Below, piece by piece: positions 10,931 through 23,068 of a stretch of DNA of 56,689 nucleotides; the stretch's first letter is position 1; every line of letters starts with the position of its first letter. The stretch comes from Balamuthia mandrillaris. Its lineage: Eukaryota. The notes under the pieces are model-generated. The model was not told the origin of the DNA, did no database searches, and saw only the letters and a program-made list of their open reading frames with translations. The stretch spans positions 186,001-242,689 of the forward strand of contig JAVKOQ020000054.1 in the NCBI GenBank assembly GCA_031835245.2. The letters are read 5' to 3'. A program made the position numbers and the translations under genes.

Positions 10931-13095
10931 ATGGACGACCCTTTCTTCATCTCCGAAAACGCCGCCAGGAAGCGAAAGCGAGGGAGAAGAGATGACGATG
11001 AGGCAGAAGATGAAGGTGAGTGACACTCTTGTGAAAAGTTTTTTTTTTGCGGTACCGTTGATCCTTCCTTCTTTTTTATTTTTCTTGCCGGGCATGACAG
11101 TGGGAGCGCTAGACGTGTCCGACAATGAAGACTCAGAAGAAGAGGAAGAGGAAGACAAATATGCAGATGAGACGCCTGATGAGAAGCGTATACGGCTTGC
11201 ACAACAGTACGTCCAGAAGCTGCAACAACAGGCTGTTGAGGAAGATGAAGAGGAAGAAGGCTTTATGAGAAGACGCTTGAAGCAGGATGCGGTGTGTACA
11301 CTCCTCTCTCTCTCTCTCTCTGTCTACTGGTTCGGTCGGACTGACTGTGAGAGTTATTAGCTTGAAGCGGCTGGCAAGGCCCGTTTCCAGATCGCCACTA
11401 AGGTTTTTTTTCTCTCGTCTTTACTGCTCTGCTCTCTTTCTCTTTGGCTCTCTCTCTTCTCGTGCTTGCATTTGCTCTGTTCGTGTTTTTTCACTCTGCT
11501 TCGCTCTCTGTTCGCGAACTCCACTCTCTCACACTCTCGCTTCCCTCCGCTCTCTCTTCCTCTCTATCTCTCGCCTCTCTCGCTCGCTCTCTCGCTCTTC
11601 TCCCTCTTTGCTGTCTCCTGTTGTCAACAAAAGGTGGCAGCGTTGGAGGTGAAACCCGGTCGGAGGCTAAAAGCACATAGCCTGTCTCCTACATGCGTGG
11701 CTCTCACTGAAGATGGAAACACAGCCTTTTCTGGTGGAAAGGACTGTCACGTTATTCAATGTAAGCCTTTTCAATGTTGTGCGCTACTGGCTCTTTGTTC
11801 GCTTTGCTTACTTGCAAAAATGACTACAGACGACGTTGAAACTGGGAAAAAATACTTCTACTATGGGCGGAGAAGCAGAAACAACATGAAAAAGGGTGAA
11901 AAGGTAACGGGGCACATTGGACACGTTTTGGCTGTCGCTGTCTCCTCTGATGGCAATCTGTTGGCCAGCGGCGGCGTCGATAAGATTATTCGCGTGTGGG
12001 ATACACGTTCTCACACTCTTGTGGACACACTCAAAGGTCACAGAAATCATGTTACGGTTCGTTTTTTTTCATTTCCTGTTGTCGTTCTTGCCTTGCCTTA
12101 TCTTTATTACAAGCATTTCTTATCATTTCGGTGCCTGTTCTGTCTTTTGTTTTTCTTTCTTAACTTAGGGCCACTAAACTTATCCCTTTGTTTTTTAAAA
12201 CACAAACTAGGGCCTAACATTCCGGAAAGGCACCCACGAGCTCTTCTCAGCATCAAAGGACATGACAGTGAAAGCCTGGAACGCGGACGAGATGACCTAC
12301 CTGGAGACCCTCTTTGGGCATCAAGGTGCCATCAACGCCGTCGACGCAGGCACAAGGGAGCAGGTGGTCTCCTGCGGGGAGGACGCCACCACTCGCCTCT
12401 GGAAGATCGTGGAGGAAACGCACTTGATCTACCGGGTGCCGCCGCAGCAAGACGGAGCCAACCTGGAGTGCCTGGCCATGCTCAACGACCAGAACTGGGT
12501 AACGGGCTCCCAGCAAGGATACCTCTCTCTGTGGAACGTTGGCCAGAAGAAACCCTGGGGAGAGGCTTCGGACGCTCACGATCCCCTTCGGCCGGTCGTC
12601 TCCATTCTGGAAGAAGAGCAAGAACATGAAGCAAATCACAAAACGGACCAGAAACAAGCGATGATTGCTCAGCCGCCAAAGAAGAAGCAGAAAGAGGAAG
12701 CTCCCCCTTCCTTACTCTATGCCAATGGACAACCAAACGGGAGCGGTTCCTCTTCAAAGCATCAACAAGAAGGAGAGGAGGACTCTTCCTCCCTTCCTCC
12801 TCCAAGGTATTGGGTGACGTCGGTGGCTACCTGCAGGAACACGGACGTGCTGGCCTCTGGCTCCCACGACGGCACCATTCGCCTGTGGAGAGCCAACAGA
12901 AGGAAAGGCAGGGATAGGAGCCTTTGCTTGGTTCAGAAGGTGCCCATGGTGGGCTTTGTCAATGGGTTGGCCTTTGGTCCCTCTGGTCGATTTTTGGTGG
13001 CGGCGGTGGGGCAGGAGCATCGCATGGGGCGATGGCAGCGTGTGCCGGAAGCTCGCAACGGACTCCATATCATCCCGCTTCTCTCCGATACATAA
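10931..13095 (+). CDS. RRP9: U3 snoRNP WD40 protein U3-55K/Rrp9
   Basis: MDDPFF start, ETPDEKRIRLAQQY, YLETLFGHQ, RLWKIVEETHL, GFVNGLAF, AVGQEHRMGRW..ARNG signature. Confidence 0.93.
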
Positions 13096-13218
13096 TAATA
13101 ATGCCCTTCCTACAACAAACAAAAAGAAAAAAAAAGCCAAGAGGAAGAAGAAAGCCTTACTATTTTTTCTCTCTCTCTCTCTCTCTTGCAACGAGGGAAA
13201 GGAGGTGAATCCGTTGAG

Positions 13219-16038
13219 CTAGCAAGTTCTGGGTTTCTTTGTTTGTTGTTGATGTAACGGCTTCTTGATGACGCTGCACTTCTTTTGCTCACAGTTGGGA
13301 TCATCGTCGGTTGGAGGAGGCACCGCTCGTTCTTGCGCCTGCGAAGATGGGGCTGCCTTTCTCTTTCGCAAAGATTTTTTGGGGAAAGCGGAGCGTGTGG
13401 CTTTACTGTTGTTCCCTTTGTACACATGTACTTTGTCCTCGTCATCATCGTCTTCCACTTTGTCTTCTTCCTCTGCTTTATTGTTAGGCTGATGGGGCGC
13501 GTTCGTCAACCAATGTTGAACCTTGTCCTGCTGAACAAGGAATCGTCCTGTTAACATGGGATAAGTAAGCTCTTCCTGCTGACGCGATCAATGAAGATAA
13601 GTTTACCAGTGCGACGGCGCCCTGATGGAACTGCTATAAGCTCCTCCCTTTCCATTCGCGCAAGTATTCCCTTTTTTTTTTTTTTTTTTTTTAAGGTCTC
13701 TGATGTTATGATGTGCTGCTGCATGTAATGCTTTAACAAGTAGAATGTACCTTAACGGTCACGGCAGGGACCTTCCAAGTTGCGAGTTTTGCTTGAAGCT
13801 TCGTAGCACTAAGGGATTCCTGTTTTTTTTAAAGCCAATAGATTCACAGTTAACATCAAGACATAACAAAAGTAGGGCCAGTCATACCTCCGTTTTGATA
13901 GCTGGTTGAAGCAATGAAAAAAAAACAGGTGAGCATAACAATGAGGTCATGACAGAGACAAAAACATAAGAATGAAACCTTGAACAGCTCTGAAAAACAT
14001 TGCATTGTCATCGGTTGTCATAGGCTTGTCAGCCGCTGAAGGAGCGAGGAATCTTCCGTTGCTCCCTTTCGCTAGAACACCTCCCCTTAGCATGCGCTCC
14101 AAATATTCTGAGGTATTTTGTCATAAGAAAGCAACGACAAGAAAGCAAATGCGCAAATGTATGTACCCGATAAAACGTTTGACGTCAAGGATGGAAAGAG
14201 AACCTTTAATCGAGAGATCGTTACCGGTTTATCTAGTTGCTTAAGAACCTTCTCTTTGAATCCTGCTCATCCGAATTGTTATCAAAGGCTGCTGTTGGAC
14301 AAGATTGGATGCATACCTTCAAAACTGACTGCATTAACATTCTCTGCTGCTTCTTCTTGTTCCTCATCTTCCTCTTCGTCGACATGATCATCGACTTCTT
14401 CAGCGTCATCAGCAGAACTGTCGGACGTATCGCTCTCACCGCTGTCCTCGATGCAGTACTTCCTGTTGGGTAATGGTTGGCTCATCGGCTCCTCGTCAAT
14501 AGAGTCATCAAAGCTATCTACAGTCTACAGCAAACAAAATTGAATGAGCAATCGCTCCTCAGATTCAACCCTAGTCTTGTGTGTGAATGTACCGTCTTTA
14601 TGCGTAAGTTGAGCGTATGAAATGATGTATTTATCTCTCCAACTTTCAGCTTTACGGGCTCCGCCTCAAAATGAAGTGATTCTTCGTGGGAGGCACTATG
14701 AAAGAACTATGTACGAAGTTAAGCCCTCAACCGTTCAAACCAATGACAAATCAAACTAACCTTCGGCTCATAATCCACCGGAGTGATTTCTATCAGCAGA
14801 ACAGAGGTTAGAACTGACAGAGACAAGAATGAAACTGACTGACAGAAAGAAAGTTGACAGGCTAAGAGAGAAGAGAGCGAGAGCGAGAACGGTACTGTCG
14901 TAATATAGAAGTTTCATAGTAATAAAACGAGCATCTGTTGCAAAGAATGGTTAGGCAAAATCTTCAGCGAAACTCTGTAAGATGAGTTTTGAAAAAGGCT
15001 AACCTGGCAAGGGCTTAAGTGTTTGAGAAATTGTAACAAGGTTTCTAAGGCAACTGACGGTAGATTTCTTTATCTGATCTTTCGTTATCTGAGCTGGACT
15101 TTGTACTTTAACTTGCGCTCTTTGTCCGCCTCCTGTTCGTCTCATGTCAACCGAGATATCTGCATTCTCGCCATATGTGAAACGAACTGATTTGGCTTGT
15201 TAGGATAGTAGCAGATGACAGAGGAGGACGAGAATGCTGCGCACAATAGTAGCATTCCACGAGCGTATTTGGCTTGGTTGGGTCAAGATATATTCCAAAG
15301 ATCTGTATGCAAAATGAGTGAAAGCGAACTCTGTAAACCAACAGCAGGACAAGAGAGTGGGTAGGAATGGACGCACCATTGCACGAAGGTACTTTTTCGA
15401 TAGAGCATCAAATAATCCATCTAAGGGAAGAGGTATTACTGACGCAAAAAAAAAACGAACACTTGTGTTACAGAGGAACTGTTACCTTCAATCCAATTAC
15501 ACAAAAGTTTGGCTTCCTCGTTGCTTGGATAAAGAGACTTGATGTTTATACCTGCCAGCGCTGTAGCGGAAGGAGTAAAGGTTGGTTTGGTTAGCGAAAA
15601 CAATTACGACGATCAGATGTCTCGAAGTGCGAACCTTTGTCTCGAAAGCAGTCCTTTAATTAAAGAAGAGTTGAAAAAGTTATGAGCAAGCAGAGACGTG
15701 AAAGAAAACAATAGCGTAGAGATGTTTGGTTGGTACCTCTGGAAAAAGGTGTCGAAGGTAAGCGATGGTGCTCACTGCAGTCTAGTGTTTTTGGCCAACA
15801 ACAAAAACGAGTAGAAAAAAGGTTTAAACATAAAATTCCACCAACACCAAACAAACACAAACAACTAGCGAAGAATCCTGAGAAGTACCCTCAACAAGTT
15901 TCGCATCAACGTTAAGGACTGGGTTTGCGTTGGCGTCTCCTGTCGCACCTGTTGTAAGACAGACTACACAACCAAAGTATTTTTAAAAAAACGCAAACGT
16001 GTGTTCAAACGGAGCAACCGCACGCAAAACATTACCAT
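13219..16038 (-). CDS. HOP1: Meiotic HORMA-domain protein Hop1/HORMAD/ASY1, many short exons (mostly missed by the ORF track)
   Basis: Manual splicing: M|SVLQQVRQETPTQTQSLTLMRNLLR, TAVSTIAYLRHLFPE, GLFDALSKKYLR, IFGIY, RNLVTISQTLKPLP, RFITMKLLYYD, ITPVDYEP; C-terminal KKCSVIKKPLHQ resembles a closure motif. Confidence 0.85.
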
Positions 16039-16587
16039 GGTAAAAAAAAAGCTCGCGTTCCTCACCCAAGGCTAGGCTATTCAGCTGTGCAAAGCGTCTC
16101 ACCACCTACAAGCTTCGCGTTGCGTGCTCTTGCTGCTTCTTCTGCAGTTCTCCTTCCAAAAGAAACGAAAAAAAAAGTTTGGCGCGTGCTACGTTTTTTC
16201 CTTGTCAACGAAAAAACGTAGCACGCGCTCTCACTGTCACTCGTCCACACAGTGTGTCAGTCTAGCATGTGTGCAATTGTGTGTGTGTGTTGGTGTGTTT
16301 GTTTGCAGCGGTGGGTTACAAAGCAGGCCCTTTTAGTTTGGGGGAAAAATGGCGGGAGAAAAGGGTTCAGTCCCCTTTTCTTTTTTTTTTTTTTTGCTTT
16401 GTCGACTAAAAAGGATAATATCGATGATTTGTAAATTAATTGGGAAACTGTTGATTGGTTGGATTTATCGATAAGGCACACAGAGCGAGAGAGAGAGAGA
16501 GAGAGAGAGAGAAGAGAGAAGGGCTACTAAGGAGCGTGTTTGTTATGTAACATTATTTAACACATAAACAAAAAAGAGTGTGTTCTC

Positions 16588-17899
16588 TTAGTTGCTGTCT
16601 TCCACACAGCCAATCCAAGTCATCAGTTCAGAGGGGCTAGTGACGCCCGTTCGTCGCTGCTTCTCCTTCCCAGTTGCTAGATCGACTTTGATCCACGTGG
16701 GAAACTTCTGTATACCCTGCGCTCTGCACCTCGCCTCCTCTTTCTCGCAGTCAATGTAGTTGACCATGTGCCAAACCCCTCTTGCCTTCAGGATACTCTT
16801 CTGCTTTTGGCAGTAGGAGCAATATTCGGCGCCCCACATTTGCAACGCCCTGCCTTTCTCCGAGTCGAAGCAACGCTCCAACGGCGACCGCGTGTCTTCT
16901 TCCACCACTTCCATTCGTTGTTCCTCCTCTCCTTCTTGTGCCTCTCCTCCTGTTTCCCCTTCTCTGTCATCCTCTTCCTCTTCCAATTCTTCTTCATCCA
17001 TGTATTCTTCATCTTGGTCAACGATTGGTGGAAGGTCTTCCGTTGCTCCACGAGATGACAAAGGCGATGACTCAGCTACACCTTGGTATGATGAAGCAAG
17101 CACCGGCAAGTTGAAGAACAAGACAGGCAGAACTAAGAGCATGATGAGCAAGGGTGCGTAGGGCTTCAGGGCTTGAATGAAGCCCTCTGTGGAGGGCCGA
17201 CCGGGCAGCTTGTTGTATAGCTTCACGCTGAGAAAGATGATAAGGCCAATGAGGACATGGATGAGGGTGCACATCGGACACATCACTCTCAGATAGAGCT
17301 CCACTCCTAACAAATAGACCTTTGTGAAGAACGAACGTGAGAAGAGAATGAAAAAGAGACTAGCAAGAGAGCGACGAGCAGAGAAACATCCTGATGGACG
17401 CTTTCGCTGAGAAAAAGACAGAAAGCAGGAAAAGTTTACCACAAAAACGCCACCAGAGAGAGCCCACAGAAGAATGGCAGTGATGAAGTAGGCAAAGTGC
17501 CCATCGAACAAAAGCGTCCGCCACACAAAGAACAGAAGGATGAGATTCCACACGAGGCCGAACGCAGCTGAGGGCAACACAAAAAAAAAAGTGATCAGAA
17601 ATCACGAAAAAGAACTTCATCAGTGATGGAAAGACACAAGAACAAAAGACCAGGCGACTAAGGATGTATTTCGTACCAATGGGAACGCCAAAGAAAAGGG
17701 AGTAGGGGCCCTTGTTGATGGTGGTGCAGGAGATGGCGGAAGAGATGTCGCAAGAGGAAGGACCCTCCGCGTACTTCTCTTTCAGCAGGACCAGCGAAAT
17801 CAAACTGCCAACGAAGCCCAAGATGAACAAAAAGAAAAGGGGCTGCCGCGACCGCTCCAGCACGTAATTCTTGGTTTCATCGTCTTTGGTAGCTATCAT
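16588..17899 (-). CDS. VKOR domain fused to a C-terminal thioredoxin-like domain (LTO1/cyanobacterial-type architecture)
   Basis: SSCDISSAISCTTI..YSLFFGVPI loop cysteines, TM helices, CPMC active site, then WGAEYCSYCQKQK..YIDC..C..GIQKFPTW. Confidence 0.88.
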
Positions 17900-18341
17900 T
17901 TTTCTTTGTGCGCAGCTCTTGCAAGGGAAAAGAAGAACAAGAAGAAGAACAAGAAGCAAAAGAGACAGAGAAAGAGAGAGAACAGCGTCGCTGTGATCCA
18001 GGACAACAAACAAACACCAAGAAGAAACTGTTTGTTCGCTTTTCCTGTCTCTTTTTGCTGTCGACGAGATGCCTTTTCTCAGCGATATTTCTTCCGAATT
18101 TCAAAGTCCCCGATTGCTGATGTCATCATCGATCGTCGACATTTATCCGTCCAAATTACACCCTGCAGAGATTGTAATCAGATTGTCCTCGGTTTGGGTT
18201 CCAATAAGAAAAAGAAAGAAAGGCATAACGGAAGAGGAAGCGAAGAGCGGAGAAGCGGAAGCATCGAAGGGGTACCGTTCTTTTTTTAAAAAAAAAAAAA
18301 ACACCTTCCCGGCAGGCGACCAAAGACGAATAGCATAAGAC

Positions 18342-18833
18342 ATGAACTTCAAAAAGCTGATGAACAACATGTCCAACATGGGCTTCTGGGGGGTGCTGAC
18401 CCTCTACCACATGGCCTACAGCATGCTCTTTGGCCTCTTCCTCTTCTTCTTCCCCAGGCAGGTGGCCAGCCACTTCCTCAAGGCCAGCGTCTACGAGGAC
18501 GTGATGAGCGCCACCGTCGACGTGCTGCCCCACATCACCCGCATGCTGGGCGTGCACCTGGTGGCCGTGGGCCTGCTCTTCCGCGTGTTTGGCAGCGTCA
18601 CGGACCCCAAGGCCCGGAACCGGGTGGCCATCTTTGCGCTCTGCTACTCCTCCCTGCCCTTCCTGCTGGACTGCTACAACCTCTACATCTCCACCAGCAT
18701 CTTTGCCAAGGGCGGCCTGCTCTTCACCATCTTCTGCCAGCTGGTGGGCATGGTCCTCTGCTGCACCTTCTTTGTGCTGCAAAACAACCACCCCGATCGG
18801 ACCGCCACCGACAGCAGGAAAAAGAGAAGTTAA
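18342..18833 (+). CDS. Hypothetical ~4-TM membrane protein, single exon
   Basis: Clean 163 aa ATG-TAA ORF with strong GC3 bias and four hydrophobic segments. Confidence 0.8.
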   Translation: MNFKKLMNNMSNMGFWGVLTLYHMAYSMLFGLFLFFFPRQVASHFLKASVYEDVMSATVDVLPHITRMLGVHLVAVGLLFRVFGSVTDPKARNRVAIFALCYSSLPFLLDCYNLYISTSIFAKGGLLFTIFCQLVGMVLCCTFFVLQNNHPDRTATDSRKKRS

Positions 18834-19204
18834 AAGAGAGAGAGAGAGACCTCTTTTTTTTTGTTTTTGTGTTTTTTCCCGCCTTTTTTTTTTTTTAATG
18901 GTTCTTCTCCTTCTGCTTTTCCCCTTGAGTGTTAAAGCGAGTGCACTGCTGTGTTTGTTGTTTGCTCTTTTTTTTTTTCTGGATGGAGAATGGACACTCG
19001 GCCCAACAAAAGTTTTGGTTTTGTTTTTTTCTTCTTTTTTTTTTTTATTCGCGAGAGAGAGAGAAGAGAGAGAGAGAGAGAAGGGGAGGAGAGAGGCGTT
19101 CTTCTATTCTTTTTTCTTTTGGTTTTTATTTTGTTTTTATTTATTTATTATTTATTATTTATTATATTTTATTTTAGTTTATTTTATTTATTTGCCGCAA
19201 GACG

Positions 19205-19722
19205 ATGAGTTTGGGACGAGGAAGAAGCACGACAGTCCTCCTGCGGAAAGAGGGGGGAGGAGGAGGAGGAACCTCTTGGCTGGCCTCATGGAGGAGGGCG
19301 AAGGAACGACGTTCCTCCTGTTGGGGCTGCCAACCACAGCACCAGCGCCCCCCTCGGCTGCTGTACACCACCTCGGCCTCGGCGAGAGAGGAGGAAGTGG
19401 TGTCCTGGTCGATGAGCGCGCTGTTGGAGCGCTTGGAAGAGGGCAGCACCACCGCGGAGGAAGTGGTCACCGCCTGCTTGAAGCGCATGCGCCAAACGCG
19501 CCCCCTCAACGCCTTCATCTCAACCGCCAGCGAGGAAGAAGTGCTCCTCTCCGCTCGCAACTCGGATCAGAGGCGTCGTCTTTATCGGCCGCAGGCAGAG
19601 GACCCAGAAGGCAGCGCCAAGATTGGACGGCTGGAAGGAGTGCCTATCGCCATCAAAGACTCTTTTTGTACGAAAGACCTACCAACCACGTGCGCCTCTC
19701 GCATGCTCAAAGGTTTCACTCG

Positions 19723-19753
<31 letters not shown>

Positions 19754-21517
19754 TTCTCTGTCGTTCTCTGTCGTTCTCTTCTCTTCGTTGCTCTTCTTCT
19801 TGTTCGCTCTCTCTCTCTCTCTCTCTCTCTTGCTTCTTGAGTCAGCTAATCGATTCCTGTTTTATATTTCCACCTCGTTTGTGTTTTAACAACGAAAGAC
19901 TTTGTGCCTCACTATGATGCCAAAGTGGTGGAAGCTCTGCGCAAGCAGGGAGCCATCATCCTTGGCAAGACCAACATGGACGAGTTCTCGATGGGCTCTG
20001 CCAACACCTACAGCCACTTTGGCCCGGCCATCAACCCGCACTCACCACCGGGCGCGCCCTACGTGGCCGGCGGCAGCAGCGGCGGCAGCGCTGTTGCTGT
20101 GGCCAGCAACGCCTCCTTTGCGTAAGTGCTCTCTCTTGTTCTTCTCTTGTCTTTCTGCTTTCTGCGATCGATCCCGCCCTACTTTTCTTCGGTGTGCTTC
20201 CTTCTCTCGTTTTGATCATCATCCTCTCCTCTTCCTTCTTTGTTTAGTGCATTAGGAGCGGACACGGGAGGATCGGTGCGTCTTCCGGCGGCTTATTGTG
20301 GAGTGGTGGGGCTGAAGCCTTCGTACGGGCGGGTATCACGATGGGGGTTGGTCGCCTTTGGAAGTTCCTTAGACACGCCTGGCCTCTTCACCAAGTCCGT
20401 TGAGGATGCTGCAATCATGCTAGGTTGGTTTGGTTTTTCTTCTTTGTTCTCGTATCTTCTTCATGTCTTCTCTGTGGAGAAAGAGGTTAACAAAACATGA
20501 AAATATAGAGACCATAGCAGGAGAAGATCCGCGAGACTCAACAAGTGTGTCCAGGGAGGTACCTTCCTATCGGAAAGAATTGCGGCTTGCCTACGAGAAT
20601 GCTGCGAAGGACGGCAAACCGTTGTCAGGGATGAGGGTGGGGCTTCCCACGGAGTGCCTGGTGAAGGAGCTGTCCCAGGAGATTAAGGAGGTATGGGAGG
20701 AGGGAGCGGAGAAGCTGGCCGAGATGGGGGCGGAGGTGGTGGAGGTCTCCTTGCCGCGTACACAGTACGCCTTGCCTGCGTACTATATCCTTGCTCCTGC
20801 TGAGGCTTCCTCCAATCTCGCTCGTTATGACGGATTGCGATATGGTATTCTTTTCTCTCTTCTCTGCTGCACGCTTCTTTCGTTTTTGCTTCCGTTATCT
20901 TCTCTAATTCTCTCACTCCTCTCTGTCTTTTCTCCTCTTTTCTCTTCCACCTAACCCATTGTAATGTTACGTGCATAGGTTTCCGCTCTTCCAATAACCA
21001 AAGCGTGGCACCATCTCTGCAGGAAGTCTATTCAAACACACGGTCAGAAGGCTTTGGGGAGGAGGTCCAACGCAGAGTGCTGCTGGGTACCTTTGTGCTG
21101 TCCCGACGATTGTACGATAGCTATTACCGCAAGGCCCAACAGGTCAGGCGCTTGGTGCTGCAAGACTTTGAGCAGGTCTTTGAGTCGGGGGTGCACGCCA
21201 TCCTGCAGCCCACCGCCACCTCCTCTGCTTTTCCTCTGGACTCCAAGTTGGAGCCACTGGCCATGTATACCAACGATATCATGACCATTCCTGCAAGCTT
21301 GGCGGGTACCTATCGCTTTATCCTTTTTTTCTTCTTCGTTGTCACCTGTTAACAGCGTTAAAAACTCATAAACGCAATAGGATTACCCGCTATCTCGGTT
21401 CCGTTCTCGGCGTCAAAGAAGACGGGAATGCCTTTGGCTTTGCAGCTTATCGGCAAATATATGGACGAAGTGACCGTTCTCCGAGCGGCCAAAGCATTGG
21501 AACAGAAATTAAGATGA
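19205..21517 (+). CDS. QRSL1: Glutamyl-tRNA(Gln) amidotransferase subunit A (mitochondrial GatA)
   Basis: [76 protein letters not shown]; Arg-rich N-terminal presequence. Confidence 0.93.
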
Positions 21518-21544
21518 AAAAAGGTCACAACAACAAAATATATT

Positions 21545-21583
21545 CTATTCGGTTACTTCTATGAGCGGTGCTGTACAATGAAG

Positions 21584-21620
<37 letters not shown>

Positions 21621-22638
21621 CAAGATAGAGAGGAGGTTAACATTACGAAATGCTTGTTCAACATCAAAGAGACAAGCATACCCAAGAAAAAGTTGAGGGC
21701 GCCCATTCTCTCCAATCTATAGCTAAGCGAAAGAGGTGATTCTGGACCCCTGATGGTGTTTGGAGAAGTTCAGCATCATACAAACGTACACTAAAAAACT
21801 AGGAAAGAACTTACAGTTGCAGTAAGATAAACTCTGCTTCAGGTAAACGAGCAGTGCCTTTGGCCATTTTCGCGAAGTAGGAAAACTTGAACATATCAGA
21901 GTATGGCTCTTGACACTGGACCGCAATGCCATCCCCGTTTTTTTTGCTGATAAACACTTTGCCTGCCACCATTTCGCTCACCACTGCAAAGAAGAAGTTC
22001 AACAGCAAGAAAGTGACCACTCGCTTGTAGCTGTTACCTTCTAAAGTTAGTTCTTCATCTGAAACGGCAATTCTCAACTGTTCTCCGAGTCCTTGGAGTT
22101 CCGTGCAACTGCTGGCAAGAACGCTAGTAGGCATCAATATTTCTGAAAGAAAAGCAAAAGAGACATCGTTAACATTACTAAGGAATGTGTTTCGATGAGC
22201 TTTTCTACCACAACAGTATTCTCTGTCCGGCATTGAGATTCGTTCTTGGTCGAGGACAATCTGGCAGATCTTTGAGAAGCAAAGCAAATCAAGTCAGCAT
22301 CAGCTTATGCTTGTGTTTGTGCAAGAAACAAACCTTGTATTCGCTCTTTTTCTCCAGAACGCCACTCTTCAGGATACTCTATTTGTGGATTTTTAAAAAA
22401 GAAAAGGTGAGCTAACGTCGCTTGGTGAAGACAGAATGCACAAGCGTTCCACTACCACGTTGAATGTGTCGTCCTCGTCCTTCAAAGAAAATACGACCAT
22501 GTCGTCCGCCTTTACATGTTTTAACACTGCAAAGAAAGAAAGCTATTTAAGCGCTACTGAAGAAACCCAGGCATTGAACGATGGTACCATTGTGCAACAA
22601 TTTCAAACGCAAACCAACTGTAATCAAGTCCCTTCCAC

Positions 22639-22677
<39 letters not shown>

Positions 22678-23068
22678 GTTAACTTTACGTTCGTTGCAAA
22701 TGAGAACCGAGTGCGCACATCTGGTATGTTAGAAAAGCCTCCCTTCGAAAGAGCACCAATTCGAGAACAAACACATGAGCAGCTAGGGGAACCGATTAGA
22801 ACAAAAAAGGGTGACGAGAAGAAACAAAGAGGAGAAACAAAGAAGAACGAACCGTCCATCGTAATGACCTTTATTCCCTCCGGCGTGAGGTCGACATTCA
22901 CCACATCCAACAAACTCTCCAAGATGCCAACCGTCCGGGCAAAAGACAAAGGAGCAGCCAAGCTTTGGATGACAACAAAATAAAAAGACCGATGGCACAT
23001 ATGTTCAGGAACAAGAGAGACCAGATGGATCAAAGAAAAACATCAACGTACGTCGCTTTGAACAGCAT
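21545..23068 (-). CDS. Divergent PCNA-like sliding clamp, multi-exon
   Basis: MLFKAT start, LESLLDVVNVDLTPEGIKVITMDGS, ILMPT..LAS.C.EL..LGE.L.I, FKFSYFAKMAKG, SPLSLSYRLERMGALNFFLAPLIE follow the PCNA pattern end to end. Confidence 0.8.

Noticed and set aside
18589..19917. 442 aa plus-strand ORF
   Set aside because: Off-frame read-through of two real genes and a T-rich intergenic stretch; the composition is not protein-like.
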